Assembly (NCBI GenBank): GCA_003209955.1
Contig: QCOD01000001.1
Coordinates: 33,330 to 97,329 of the forward strand
Source of the DNA: OCS116 cluster bacterium AG-430-B22
Lineage (GTDB): Bacteria > Pseudomonadota > Alphaproteobacteria > MED-G09
Reading direction: 5' to 3'
DNA: 64,000 nucleotides
Positions 10,422 through 19,092 of this stretch are shown one piece after another (within the stretch, counting starts at the first letter, position 1; the number at the start of each line of letters is the position of its first letter). The notes beneath the pieces were generated by a model. That model worked only from the letters and a program-made list of their open reading frames with translations, made no database searches and was not told where the DNA came from. The position numbers and the translations under genes were made by a program.

Positions 10422-11359
10422 GAGCAGTTGGTTTTAAAGAATTTGGAGATCCGGAAGTTCTAGAAGTAATGGATATTCCAGAAGTTTTCGCAGGTCCCGG
10501 CGAAATAAGAATTAGAAATTATGCTTCGGCTGTAAATCCTACAGATATTGTTTCAAGAAGTGGTTTAATTTCCCAATTTCGTAAAGATTTTTCTCTTCCC
10601 TCAGTACCAGGAATGGATATCTCTGGGATTGTAGATCAAGTGGGAGAGGGCGTCGAAACAGGAATAAATATTGGTGATAAGGTAATGGGAATGGTGATAC
10701 CTAATGAACTCCATGGAGCTTATCGTGAGCAAATAATTTTAAATCAATTTGCAGTTGTTAAGAACCCGGAAGGCTATTCTTTTGTGGAGTCATCAACATT
10801 ACCTATGAATGGTTTAACTGCTCGATTATCCTTAGATTTGTTAAATTTAAATAAAGAGCAAGTTCTTGCTGTTACAGGTGGACCAGGCGCATATGGAGGT
10901 TATGTAATCCAGTTAGCAAAAGCTGATGGTCTAACTGTAATTGCGGACGCAAATGAAAATGATATTGAGCTTTTAAATGAATTAGGTGCCGATCATATAA
11001 TTCCAAGAGGTGAAAATTTTGTCGAAAAAATTAAAGAAGTTTTCCCCGAAGGTGTTGATGGTATTGCTGATGGAGCTTTACTTAACGAAAAGGCAATTGA
11101 CGCTGTTAAAGATAATGGATCTTTTACAAGCGTAAGGGGGTTTAAAGGAGAACCACAAAGAAATATAAATTTTACTTCTACTTGGGTAATTGAATATGAT
11201 TGTGACTTCGATAAGCTAGATAAGCTTCGTCAACAAGTTGAAGATGACCTTGTTACTCTTAGGGTAGCTGATACGGTAACTCCTGAAAATGCCTATGAGG
11301 CTCATAAAAGACTTGATGGAGGGGGTACTAGAGGTAGGATGGTTATTAATTGGGAATAA
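10418..11359 (+). CDS. MDR-superfamily NAD(P)H:quinone oxidoreductase / Zn-independent alcohol dehydrogenase-like
   Basis: MRAVGFKEFGDPEVLEV..., GMDISG, and LAVTGGPGAYGGYVIQLAK Rossmann segment; ATGA overlap with the upstream gene. Confidence 0.7.
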   Translation: MRAVGFKEFGDPEVLEVMDIPEVFAGPGEIRIRNYASAVNPTDIVSRSGLISQFRKDFSLPSVPGMDISGIVDQVGEGVETGINIGDKVMGMVIPNELHGAYREQIILNQFAVVKNPEGYSFVESSTLPMNGLTARLSLDLLNLNKEQVLAVTGGPGAYGGYVIQLAKADGLTVIADANENDIELLNELGADHIIPRGENFVEKIKEVFPEGVDGIADGALLNEKAIDAVKDNGSFTSVRGFKGEPQRNINFTSTWVIEYDCDFDKLDKLRQQVEDDLVTLRVADTVTPENAYEAHKRLDGGGTRGRMVINWE

Positions 11360-11368
11360 AGGTTTATA

Positions 11369-12025
11369 TTGGAAGATAAAATTAAATTATGGGGAGCTGG
11401 CACTACAAGAACACTAAGACCAATTTGGATGGCTGAGGAGCTTGGAGTAGATTATGAATTAATCCCTATTGGCCCAAGAACTGGTGAAACACAATCAAAA
11501 GAATTCACTGACCTCAATCCCAAGCAAAAAATACCATTTTTGGAAAATGGTGAAATTAGATTATCTGAAAGTTTAGCTATATGTAGATATTTAGAATATA
11601 CCTTTCCCTCCAATAAAATATTTATACCAAAGAATAATATTGATAGAGCAAAAGAGGACGAGTGGTGTAGTTACATTTATGGAGAAATTGACGAAACAAC
11701 TCTTTATGTCATGAGAAGGCATTATGATCTTAAATCGATTTATGGTGACTCACCAATTGTGGTAAAGGCTTGCAGAGAACATCTAAAAAAGAATTTAGAA
11801 ATTATTGATGATTTTTTAAAAGATAAAAAATCAATTCTTGATAAAGGATTTGGATTAGCAGATATTATGCTTATTTCTTGCCTTGACTGGGCAATTTATT
11901 ATGAGTTTAAATTACCTGAAAATATCATGTCATATAGAGAAAACATTAAAAAAAGATCGGCCTTTAAAGAAGCCATGTTAAAAAATTATAAATCATCTGA
12001 GGTACTTAACAGTGGGACCACTTAA
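11369..12025 (+). CDS. glutathione S-transferase
   Basis: KLWGAGTTRTLRPIWMAEELGVDYELIPI thioredoxin-fold N-terminus; LSESLAICRYL G-site motif; C-terminal GST helical domain. Confidence 0.8.
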   Translation: MEDKIKLWGAGTTRTLRPIWMAEELGVDYELIPIGPRTGETQSKEFTDLNPKQKIPFLENGEIRLSESLAICRYLEYTFPSNKIFIPKNNIDRAKEDEWCSYIYGEIDETTLYVMRRHYDLKSIYGDSPIVVKACREHLKKNLEIIDDFLKDKKSILDKGFGLADIMLISCLDWAIYYEFKLPENIMSYRENIKKRSAFKEAMLKNYKSSEVLNSGTT

Positions 12026-13202
12026 AGGTATAAAAATAATTGATCTTACAAGCATGGTATCGGGGCCAATGTGTTCAATGATATTAGCCGATCAGGGTGC
12101 AGAGGTTATTAAAGTTGAACCAGTTATTGGGGATCAAGTTCGGCATATGGCAACGCCTCATAATGGTGTAAATGCACCATTTTATTCCGTAAATAGAGGT
12201 AAGAAATCATTGGCGATTGATTTAAAATCAAAAGAGGGGAGAGAAATTTTGTTAAAATTAGCTGAAGACGCAGATGTTTTTATGCAAAATTTTAGACCAG
12301 GCGCTATTGATCGAATGGGTTTTAGTGAAAAAGTCATACGAAAATTAAATAAAAAAATTATTTACTTATCAATTAGTGGTTTTGGTGAAAAAGGCCCTTA
12401 CTCTCAATCACGAGTATATGATCCAGTTATTCAAGCTTTATCAGGAGCAACAGATATTCAAGCTGACAGAGATACTGGAAAACCTAAAATGTTTCGTATC
12501 ATTATTGCTGATAAAACGACAGCACTGACAGCTGCTCAAGCAGTTTCATCAGCTCTTTATGCTAGAGAGGTATCAGGTACTGGGCAGCATATTAATTTAT
12601 CAATGTTAGAGAGTATGCTTGCCTTTTTTTGGCCTGAAGGTATGGCTGGTTTAGTTTACGAGGATAAGGAATTTGATGTTCGAAAGATTCAAGGAACACA
12701 AGATTTAATTTATAAAGCAAAAGATCGTTATATTACTGCTGGTGCTGTTTCTGATGCTGAATGGCGAGGAATGTGCAAGGCTCTGAACAGAGAAGATTTG
12801 ATAGATGATGAAAGATTCTCAGACTCTTCTTCTCGCATGGTAAATGCACAAGAGAGAAAAGAGCTGACTGGAGAAGAAATTTCTAAGTGGGATAGTGAAG
12901 ATTTACTTGAAAGATTTCAAAAGGAAGGAGTTCCCTGTGCTCCATTGCTTGATAGAATGGAATTAATGGATCATGAGCAAATAACTGCAAATGAAACAAT
13001 TTGGTATGATAACTTTGATGGATTTGGTCAAATAAGGCAGGCACGCCCGGCTGCAAGATTTAGTGAAACAGAAAGTGAAATTGTAAGACCAGCACCAAAA
13101 TTAGGTGAACATGGCTTAGAGATACTTTCGGATCTTGGTTATGAAAAGTCACTACAACAAAGACTGATAGATGAAGGTAAATTAGTAGTTAAAAATGATT
13201 AA
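12012..13202 (+). CDS. family III CoA-transferase (CaiB/BaiF/Frc-like)
   Basis: N-terminal LKGIKIIDLTSMVSGPMCSMILADQGAEVIKVE is the canonical CoA-transferase III signature; 396 aa. Confidence 0.85.
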   Translation: MGPLKGIKIIDLTSMVSGPMCSMILADQGAEVIKVEPVIGDQVRHMATPHNGVNAPFYSVNRGKKSLAIDLKSKEGREILLKLAEDADVFMQNFRPGAIDRMGFSEKVIRKLNKKIIYLSISGFGEKGPYSQSRVYDPVIQALSGATDIQADRDTGKPKMFRIIIADKTTALTAAQAVSSALYAREVSGTGQHINLSMLESMLAFFWPEGMAGLVYEDKEFDVRKIQGTQDLIYKAKDRYITAGAVSDAEWRGMCKALNREDLIDDERFSDSSSRMVNAQERKELTGEEISKWDSEDLLERFQKEGVPCAPLLDRMELMDHEQITANETIWYDNFDGFGQIRQARPAARFSETESEIVRPAPKLGEHGLEILSDLGYEKSLQQRLIDEGKLVVKND

Positions 13203-13226
13203 GAAATCTATTTTAAAAAATTCACT

Positions 13227-14135
13227 CTAAACTAGAGAAAAAACAATAAAAAAAGAAAAAGGTATTATCAATATCCATGAAATAATTGGGTAAATTAATT
13301 TCTTTGTATCGATATCTTTCAAATTCTTAAATGCTATTTGTGTTCCAACCGAAAATAACCCAATAAGGAGTAAAATTTGACTAACATTCCTAATAATTTC
13401 TTTTTCTATAGGTGTATTGAAATAAGACCCTGAAATAATTGCTAAAATAAAAAAAATAACAAACATTGGGAATGGAAAATGTTTTTTATCACTCTTCTCA
13501 GTTATGCTTATTAACATAATTAATGGTATTAACCATAAAGTTCGCCCTAGTTTTAATGTTGATGCAGTCTCCAGAGACTCATACCCGTAACTCATTGAAG
13601 CGCCTATGACCGCGCTAGTATCATGAATTACAGTTGCGGCCCATGCTCCAAATTGACTTTGAGATAAATTTAATAATTCCCCTATAAATGGAAAAAGAAA
13701 TATTCCTAAGGCATTTAAAATGAATATTATTGATAAAGCTGCAGCTAAATCTTCATTTTTTGATTTAATGATTGGCGCAATAGATACCATTGCCGTTCCA
13801 CCACAAATTGATGATCCAGAAGCAACTAAAAGAGAATAATTTTTATCAATTTTAAGTGAAAGACCTAATAAAAAAACAAATGTAAAAGTTAATACAACAA
13901 ATATTGATATTGCAGGCATGTATTGAAAGCTAGAATTAATTGCTGATTGATAATTAATTGAAAAGCCAAGAAGAACTATTCCAGTCTGTAAAATAATTGT
14001 TGAATATTTTTTTGTAATAAATTCATTTTTAGTTTTAAACATCAGACTAAAAATTATTCCACCAAATATCGCTAAAATAGGTATTTTAAAGAAAATACTT
14101 ACAAATAAAAAAATGATTAAATAGAAATAGATCAT
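13227..14135 (-). CDS. polytopic inner-membrane protein, possibly YeiH/UPF0324 (putative sulfate exporter) family
   Basis: About 10 hydrophobic segments; GSSICGGTAM motif reminiscent of UPF0324; family assignment tentative. Confidence 0.35.
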   Translation of the reverse strand: MIYFYLIIFLFVSIFFKIPILAIFGGIIFSLMFKTKNEFITKKYSTIILQTGIVLLGFSINYQSAINSSFQYMPAISIFVVLTFTFVFLLGLSLKIDKNYSLLVASGSSICGGTAMVSIAPIIKSKNEDLAAALSIIFILNALGIFLFPFIGELLNLSQSQFGAWAATVIHDTSAVIGASMSYGYESLETASTLKLGRTLWLIPLIMLISITEKSDKKHFPFPMFVIFFILAIISGSYFNTPIEKEIIRNVSQILLLIGLFSVGTQIAFKNLKDIDTKKLIYPIISWILIIPFSFFIVFSLV

Positions 14136-14224
14136 AGTTGAATAATATCATTATAAATCAAATTATCTCTTAATTATTTCTTTCTAAACTATTTAAAATA
14201 TATAATATTAATAATTAAGTAATA

Positions 14225-14836
14225 TTGGAGAAGATGATGACCAAAGAAGTAGATTTTTATTTTGATTTTGCTAGTCCTAATGCATATTTAAGTCATAAAG
14301 TGCTTAAATCAATTTCTGAAAAAACGGGGGCTAAAGTTAATTATATTCCTGTTCTCTTAGGAGGTATATTTAAGGCTACTAATAACAACCCACCAATGGT
14401 TCAATTTGCTGAGGTAAAGGGCAAATTAGAGTATCAATCACTTGAAATAACGAGATTTATTGAAAGACATGGTTTGCAATCTTTTCAAATGAATCCACAC
14501 TTTCCAGTAATAAGTTTACAAATTATAAGAGGCGCAATTGCTGCTGAAATGGATGGCTATCTTGAAGAATATATAGATAAAGTATTAGTTCATATGTGGG
14601 AGCAACCCAAGAAAATGGATGATCCAGAAGTCATCAAAGAAGCATTTGTTGAGTCAGGATTAGATGCCGATAAATTGATGAGTCAAATGCAGGATCCTGA
14701 TGTTAAAGCAAAACTAATATCTAATACTGAAGCAGCCGTTGAAAGAGGGGTTTTTGGTATACCAACTTTTTTTGTTGGTGATCAAATATTCTTTGGAAAA
14801 GACACATTATGGCAAGTTGAAGAATTACTTATATAA
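14225..14836 (+). CDS. 2-hydroxychromene-2-carboxylate isomerase family protein (DsbA-like thioredoxin fold, NahD-like)
   Basis: VDFYFDFASPNAYLS near the N-terminus and FGIPTFFVGDQIFFGKDTL near the C-terminus closely match NahD/HCCA isomerases. Confidence 0.8.
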   Translation: MEKMMTKEVDFYFDFASPNAYLSHKVLKSISEKTGAKVNYIPVLLGGIFKATNNNPPMVQFAEVKGKLEYQSLEITRFIERHGLQSFQMNPHFPVISLQIIRGAIAAEMDGYLEEYIDKVLVHMWEQPKKMDDPEVIKEAFVESGLDADKLMSQMQDPDVKAKLISNTEAAVERGVFGIPTFFVGDQIFFGKDTLWQVEELLI

Positions 14837-14872
14837 TTTGACTTTATCTAATTAGTTTAATACTTACGCGTT

Positions 14873-15157
14873 ATGTGGAATTTAAAAAATAAAATATTAG
14901 TTTTCTTTATAGCTATGTTATTTTTCACTTCGGTTTCAGCCGAAGAACTTCTACATGACCATCACAAACATCATGATCATATATCTGTTGAAATAGATTG
15001 TGATTTTTGTGTTAATGCAGCTCCTGAGTTTGAAAATGAAGTTTTTAATTTTGGAGACCAATTCCTTAATATTTCTGAGTTTATTCAAACTCTTGATAAT
15101 CAATTTTTAGACAACAATACTTCTGAATTTTATTCCAGAGGACCTCCTCAAATTTAA
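14873..15157 (+). CDS. small secreted His-rich protein (candidate metal-binding partner of the downstream receptor)
   Basis: 94 aa; N-terminal signal peptide (ILVFFIAMLFFTSVSA), then HDHHKHHDH immediately after the predicted cleavage site; 38 bp upstream of the His-rich TonB-dependent receptor on the same strand. Confidence 0.5.
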   Translation: MWNLKNKILVFFIAMLFFTSVSAEELLHDHHKHHDHISVEIDCDFCVNAAPEFENEVFNFGDQFLNISEFIQTLDNQFLDNNTSEFYSRGPPQI

Positions 15158-15195
15158 ATTTCATTTCTTATGTAAATTTAAAAAAGGAGATAAAA

Positions 15196-17523
15196 TTGAA
15201 AAATTTACTTTTAGCGCTTTTGTTTGTGGGTGCTTTAATAATACACAATGAAAAAATATATTCGAGTGAGATAGATGAAATTGTAGTTACATCATCTTAC
15301 ATTGATAAAAACCTATCAGACCTAGACGATCCAATTCATGTAATTGGGGGAGATGATGCCACTTTTGACTCTACAGTAAGCTTAGGAGAGTCACTTGATA
15401 ATCTTCTTGGAGTTCAATCCTCAGATTTTGGTGCAGCTGTTGGTCATCCTATCATTCGTGGTTTATCAGGTAATAGAGTTAGAATTATGAATAATGGTAA
15501 AACTCTAAGAGATGTTTCTACTATTGGTGACGATCATATGAATGAGGTTGATTTAAATGATATCCAACAAATAGAAATAGTTAGAGGACCATCATCACTT
15601 CTATATTCTAGTGGGACTGTTGGAGGCATAATAAATATCATTGATAATACAATTGCTAGAGAAGATTTTAAAGAACCCAAATTTAATATTGCTTTAGAAA
15701 CCCAATCTGTTAACGAAGGAGAAGCTGGAAGTTTTTCTTATCAAAATAACATTGGTGGTTTCAATGTAAGTTTGGCTTATAAAGATTCTCAGTTTGATAA
15801 TTATGATATTCCAAATGGTGCAATCATTCATGCCGAGGATGAGCATCACGATGAAGATGAGCATCACGATGAAGATGAGCATCACGATGAAGAAAATCTT
15901 GGTTACTTAGAAAACTCTGACTTTGAATCAACATCACAAAGATTTGGTATTTCAAAAACAGGTGAATGGGGATATTTCGGTATTTCTTATAAGAATTCTG
16001 AAAGTCTTTTTGGTGTTCCATTCCACGGTGATGGTCACGAAGATCATGGAATGCATGGTAAAGAAGAACATCATGAAGAAGAAGCACATCATGATGAAGA
16101 TGAGCATCATGATGAAGATGAACATGAAGGTCATGATGAGCATGAAGGTGAAAGAATTTTTTCCAATACAGAATCTGATATTTTTGATGTTGAAGGTTCT
16201 TATGTCGTTAATAGTTCTTGGCTGAAAAAGATTAATTATTTCTTTAGATCTTCAGATTATCTTCATACTGAGCAACATGCTGAAGAAGAACATCATGAAG
16301 AAGAAGAGCATCATGACGAAGATGAGCATCATGACGAAGATGAGCATGATGAACATGGTCATGCTGAAGGCCCAACAAATTTTGAAAATAAATCTAAGGA
16401 GTTTGGTTTTGTTTTTGATTTAACAAATGATGTTGTTAAGCAAAAATTATCTATCAATTATGTAGAAGAAGAAATTTCTATAGTTGGTGCTGAAGCATTT
16501 ATGAGGCCAACAGATAATGAAGAATTATCCATTGGTTATTATTTGTCTAAAGAATTTGGATTATTCGATGTTGATTTCGGTATTAGGTATGATGATATTT
16601 CTCGTAAAGGTTCATTAGCTCATCATGAAGAAGAGCATCACGATGAAGACGAACATCACGATGAAGACGAACATCACGATGAAGACGAACATGAAGAGGA
16701 AATTGACTTCTTTAATAAAGATTATAGCGAAACAAGTTTTGCTGTTAATTTTTCAAGAGAAGTTAATGATAACTTTACAGTTAGTCTAGGCCTAGCAAGA
16801 GTTGAAAGAGCGCCATCACCAGTAGAGTTATATATGAATGGAGCTCATTTAGTTACTGGTCGCTTTGAAGTCGGCAATACAGAACTTGAATCTGAGAGCG
16901 CTAACAACATTGATTTGAATGTATTTTATAAAAATAATAATTTCTCTTTTAGAGGTAATATATTCAAAAATGATATTGATAACTACATCTATCTACAAGA
17001 TGAAACGGAAGAAGAGCATGAAGAGCATGAAGAGCATGGCGATCATGATGACCATGGTGGTCTTATATTAGCAAACTTCCTGCAAAAAGATGCTGAACTT
17101 GAAGGTTATGAATTTGAAGTTAGTCAGATTTTTACTTTTGATAGAGGTAATCTTACTTTATCATTCGGCAGAGACTCAGTTACAGGCGAGTTTAAGAATG
17201 GAATGAATATTCCAAGAATTGTGCCTGCAAGAAATATTATAACTGTCTCTTACTCAGAAGATAATCTTCTAGCAAGATTGACTTATAAAGATGTTGAAGA
17301 GCAAAATGATATTGGAGAAGGTGAAACAGCAACTGAAGCTTATGAAATGCTTGATTTTTCTTTAAAGAAAACTTTTGTTCTTAATAATCAAAATGAAATA
17401 AGTTTATCATTGTTTGGTAAGAATCTTCTTGACGAAGTGGCCAGAAATCACGCTTCTTTTGTTAAAAATGAAGTTCCTTTACCAGGAAGAAATTATGGTC
17501 TTAAATTAAATTATAAATTTTAA
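15196..17523 (+). CDS. TonB-dependent outer-membrane receptor with five His/Asp/Glu-rich insertions
   Basis: Signal peptide; TonB-box-like EIVVTSS; plug-domain motifs (IRG..G..RV....NG); C-terminal terminal Phe (KLNYKF). Five low-complexity insertions (EHHDEDEHHDEDEHHDE and variants) sit in the barrel region. TTG start with AAGGAGA RBS 5 nt upstream. Confidence 0.8.
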   Translation: MKNLLLALLFVGALIIHNEKIYSSEIDEIVVTSSYIDKNLSDLDDPIHVIGGDDATFDSTVSLGESLDNLLGVQSSDFGAAVGHPIIRGLSGNRVRIMNNGKTLRDVSTIGDDHMNEVDLNDIQQIEIVRGPSSLLYSSGTVGGIINIIDNTIAREDFKEPKFNIALETQSVNEGEAGSFSYQNNIGGFNVSLAYKDSQFDNYDIPNGAIIHAEDEHHDEDEHHDEDEHHDEENLGYLENSDFESTSQRFGISKTGEWGYFGISYKNSESLFGVPFHGDGHEDHGMHGKEEHHEEEAHHDEDEHHDEDEHEGHDEHEGERIFSNTESDIFDVEGSYVVNSSWLKKINYFFRSSDYLHTEQHAEEEHHEEEEHHDEDEHHDEDEHDEHGHAEGPTNFENKSKEFGFVFDLTNDVVKQKLSINYVEEEISIVGAEAFMRPTDNEELSIGYYLSKEFGLFDVDFGIRYDDISRKGSLAHHEEEHHDEDEHHDEDEHHDEDEHEEEIDFFNKDYSETSFAVNFSREVNDNFTVSLGLARVERAPSPVELYMNGAHLVTGRFEVGNTELESESANNIDLNVFYKNNNFSFRGNIFKNDIDNYIYLQDETEEEHEEHEEHGDHDDHGGLILANFLQKDAELEGYEFEVSQIFTFDRGNLTLSFGRDSVTGEFKNGMNIPRIVPARNIITVSYSEDNLLARLTYKDVEEQNDIGEGETATEAYEMLDFSLKKTFVLNNQNEISLSLFGKNLLDEVARNHASFVKNEVPLPGRNYGLKLNYKF
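15835..15894 (+). repeat. in-frame tandem 18-nt repeat block 1: (gagcatcacgatgaagat)x3, encoding (EHHDED)3
   Basis: Three perfect or near-perfect 18-nt units at 15841-15858, 15859-15876 and 15877-15894, read directly from the sequence. Confidence 0.9.
16030..16150 (+). repeat. in-frame His/Asp/Glu codon repeat block 2 (degenerate 18-nt units)
   Basis: gcacatcatgatgaagat / gagcatcatgatgaagat / gaacatgaaggtcatgat / gagcatgaaggt, preceded by ggtcacgaagatcatgga...gaacatcatgaagaagaa. Confidence 0.8.
16270..16368 (+). repeat. in-frame His/Asp/Glu codon repeat block 3
   Basis: gaagaacatcatgaagaagaagagcatcatgacgaagatgagcatcatgacgaagatgagcatgatgaacatggtcatgct. Confidence 0.8.
16618..16698 (+). repeat. 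in-frame tandem 18-nt repeat block 4: gagcatcacgatgaagac then (gaacatcacgatgaagac)x2
   Basis: Units at 16633-16650, 16651-16668 and 16669-16686, followed by gaacatgaagag. Confidence 0.9.
17007..17060 (+). repeat. in-frame Glu/His codon repeat block 5: (gaagagcat)x3 then ggcgatcatgatgaccatggt
   Basis: EEEHEEHEEHGDHDDHGG encoded by 9-nt repeats read directly. Confidence 0.8.
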
Positions 17524-17547
17524 CTAATATTAAAATTTATTTGAGAT

Positions 17548-17588
17548 AATGCTCAGAGTTCTTTAGCTCTGGGCATTATTTATTTTAA
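17548..17588. terminator. rho-independent terminator between convergent genes (TonB-dependent receptor + / MFS transporter -)
   Basis: aatgctcagag-ttcttt-agctctgggcatt inverted repeat (one G-U wobble) followed by atttatttt. Confidence 0.55.
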
Positions 17589-17603
17589 CCAAGATACAAA
17601 GTC

Positions 17604-19043
17604 TCAATCCTTTTCTATTTCTAAAGATTTAAGAGCTTCTTCATGTGAAGATTTAGAAATATTATAGAAAAACATACATGAAATTGATGCTAAAGTTAAA
17701 ATTGGACCTAAGATGGCTTGAAAAAATGCCAATCTATAAATTGGTTCCTGCATCTCTAACACTGTTGGGTTTTTTACATCAAAACCTACAAACTCCAAAA
17801 GAAAACCAACAAATACAACGCCTAAACCACTTATTATTTTTTGAATAAAGCCATTCGCAGACAAATAAAGACCTTCATCTCTTCGTCCAGTCGTTAATTG
17901 ACCATCTTCAACAACATCATAAACCATTGATATTACTAATATCCATCCTGCTGTTCTTAAAAAATAACCAACGCATAAAAATATAATAATTGTCCACCAA
18001 AGAGCATCTGTTCCATTTTCAGGAAAAATTTGCATTGGTACATATGGGTCCAATAATCTTAACCAAATTGGCATTGGCTCAACAATGAGATTGATAAGAA
18101 ATAAACCTATGGCAAAGTTTTTTTTGCTCTTTCCTCTAGCTAAAGGTGCCGCAAAGAATCCTGCTAAAACAACTGGTAGGGCTATAATAATTGGAAATAA
18201 GCTTATTTCCTCGGGAGTCCATTGCCAAAAATAAATACTAAAATAATTATCTAAACTTGAAAATATTCCAATATTAAGAGCTAAAATAGTTCCAGCAGTA
18301 AAAAGAACTAACCAATTTCTATTTGAAAGAGACTCAACTATTTCTTTCCAAAATTCAGAAAATTTAAAACTCTTAGGATCTGGCTCAACCATGTCAGGAA
18401 TATATTTATGTGTTGATAGTGAGGATATTAGGCCAAAGATAATGATTAAAAAACAAGCTAAAAGACCAAATTTTGGATAGGCTTCAGGATTTAAAAAAGC
18501 ACGAGAACCTGAAAATGTTTCAGTTTCCACAAGAAAAAAAGCTAACATTGCATAGCTCATAATCCCCAAACCCATATTGCCGTATAAAACACCATAACCA
18601 CTTAAGGTGTTACGCCTTTCATAATCAGTAATAAGTTCAGGACCAATTGCTGCTCTTGGTGTCTCATAAAAAGTAAACAATGTTCGCAAAAGAATTGATG
18701 CAATTAATAATTTTATAAAAAGTGTAGTTTGAGAAGTATCTGTAGGAATTGAATAAAGAAAATAAGCACTTAAACCAAAAGGTATTATTGCTAAATACAC
18801 AAATGGATGTCTTCTTCCCCATTTTGATTTAAAACGGTCTGACCAGGCGCCAACCAAGGGGTCTGAGATTGCATCAAATACTAGAGCAATAGCAAGAGCA
18901 TAGGATGCCAATAATGGTTCGAGACCTAAAATCTGATTAAAATAAACTAGAAGCCATGATCCAAACAGTAAATTCTTAACCCCAACAGCGCCAGATCCTA
19001 ATGTGTATAAGTGCAAGGTGTTGTTTGAAATATTATTGCTCAT
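17604..19043 (-). CDS. MFS transporter, glycoside-pentoside-hexuronide (GPH):cation symporter family
   Basis: 12 TM-like segments; GPH signature D-R-x-x-x-K-W-G-R-R-H-P after TM2 (DRFKSKWGRRHPF). Confidence 0.7.
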   Translation of the reverse strand: MSNNISNNTLHLYTLGSGAVGVKNLLFGSWLLVYFNQILGLEPLLASYALAIALVFDAISDPLVGAWSDRFKSKWGRRHPFVYLAIIPFGLSAYFLYSIPTDTSQTTLFIKLLIASILLRTLFTFYETPRAAIGPELITDYERRNTLSGYGVLYGNMGLGIMSYAMLAFFLVETETFSGSRAFLNPEAYPKFGLLACFLIIIFGLISSLSTHKYIPDMVEPDPKSFKFSEFWKEIVESLSNRNWLVLFTAGTILALNIGIFSSLDNYFSIYFWQWTPEEISLFPIIIALPVVLAGFFAAPLARGKSKKNFAIGLFLINLIVEPMPIWLRLLDPYVPMQIFPENGTDALWWTIIIFLCVGYFLRTAGWILVISMVYDVVEDGQLTTGRRDEGLYLSANGFIQKIISGLGVVFVGFLLEFVGFDVKNPTVLEMQEPIYRLAFFQAILGPILTLASISCMFFYNISKSSHEEALKSLEIEKD

Positions 19044-19092
19044 GAGATATGCCTTAGTAATAGAAATATATTAATTTACAATGATTAAATCC

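Noticed and set aside
15694-16225. Several 60-100-aa ORFs on both strands inside the TonB-dependent receptor gene (15694-15885 -, 15824-16087 -, 15923-16225 +, 15952-16143 -), with Met/Ile/Phe/His-rich translations
   Set aside because: They are alternative-frame and antisense readings of the GAT/GAA/CAT codon repeats encoding the His-rich loops. They are low-complexity, lack RBS, and are fully embedded in a well-supported 775-aa CDS.
15835-17060. Short tandem direct repeats that could superficially resemble a CRISPR array or minisatellite
   Set aside because: Units are 18 or 9 nt, contiguous with no spacers, in-frame inside a CDS, and encode E/H/D residues. This is not CRISPR (no 25-40-nt repeats with unique spacers, no cas genes).
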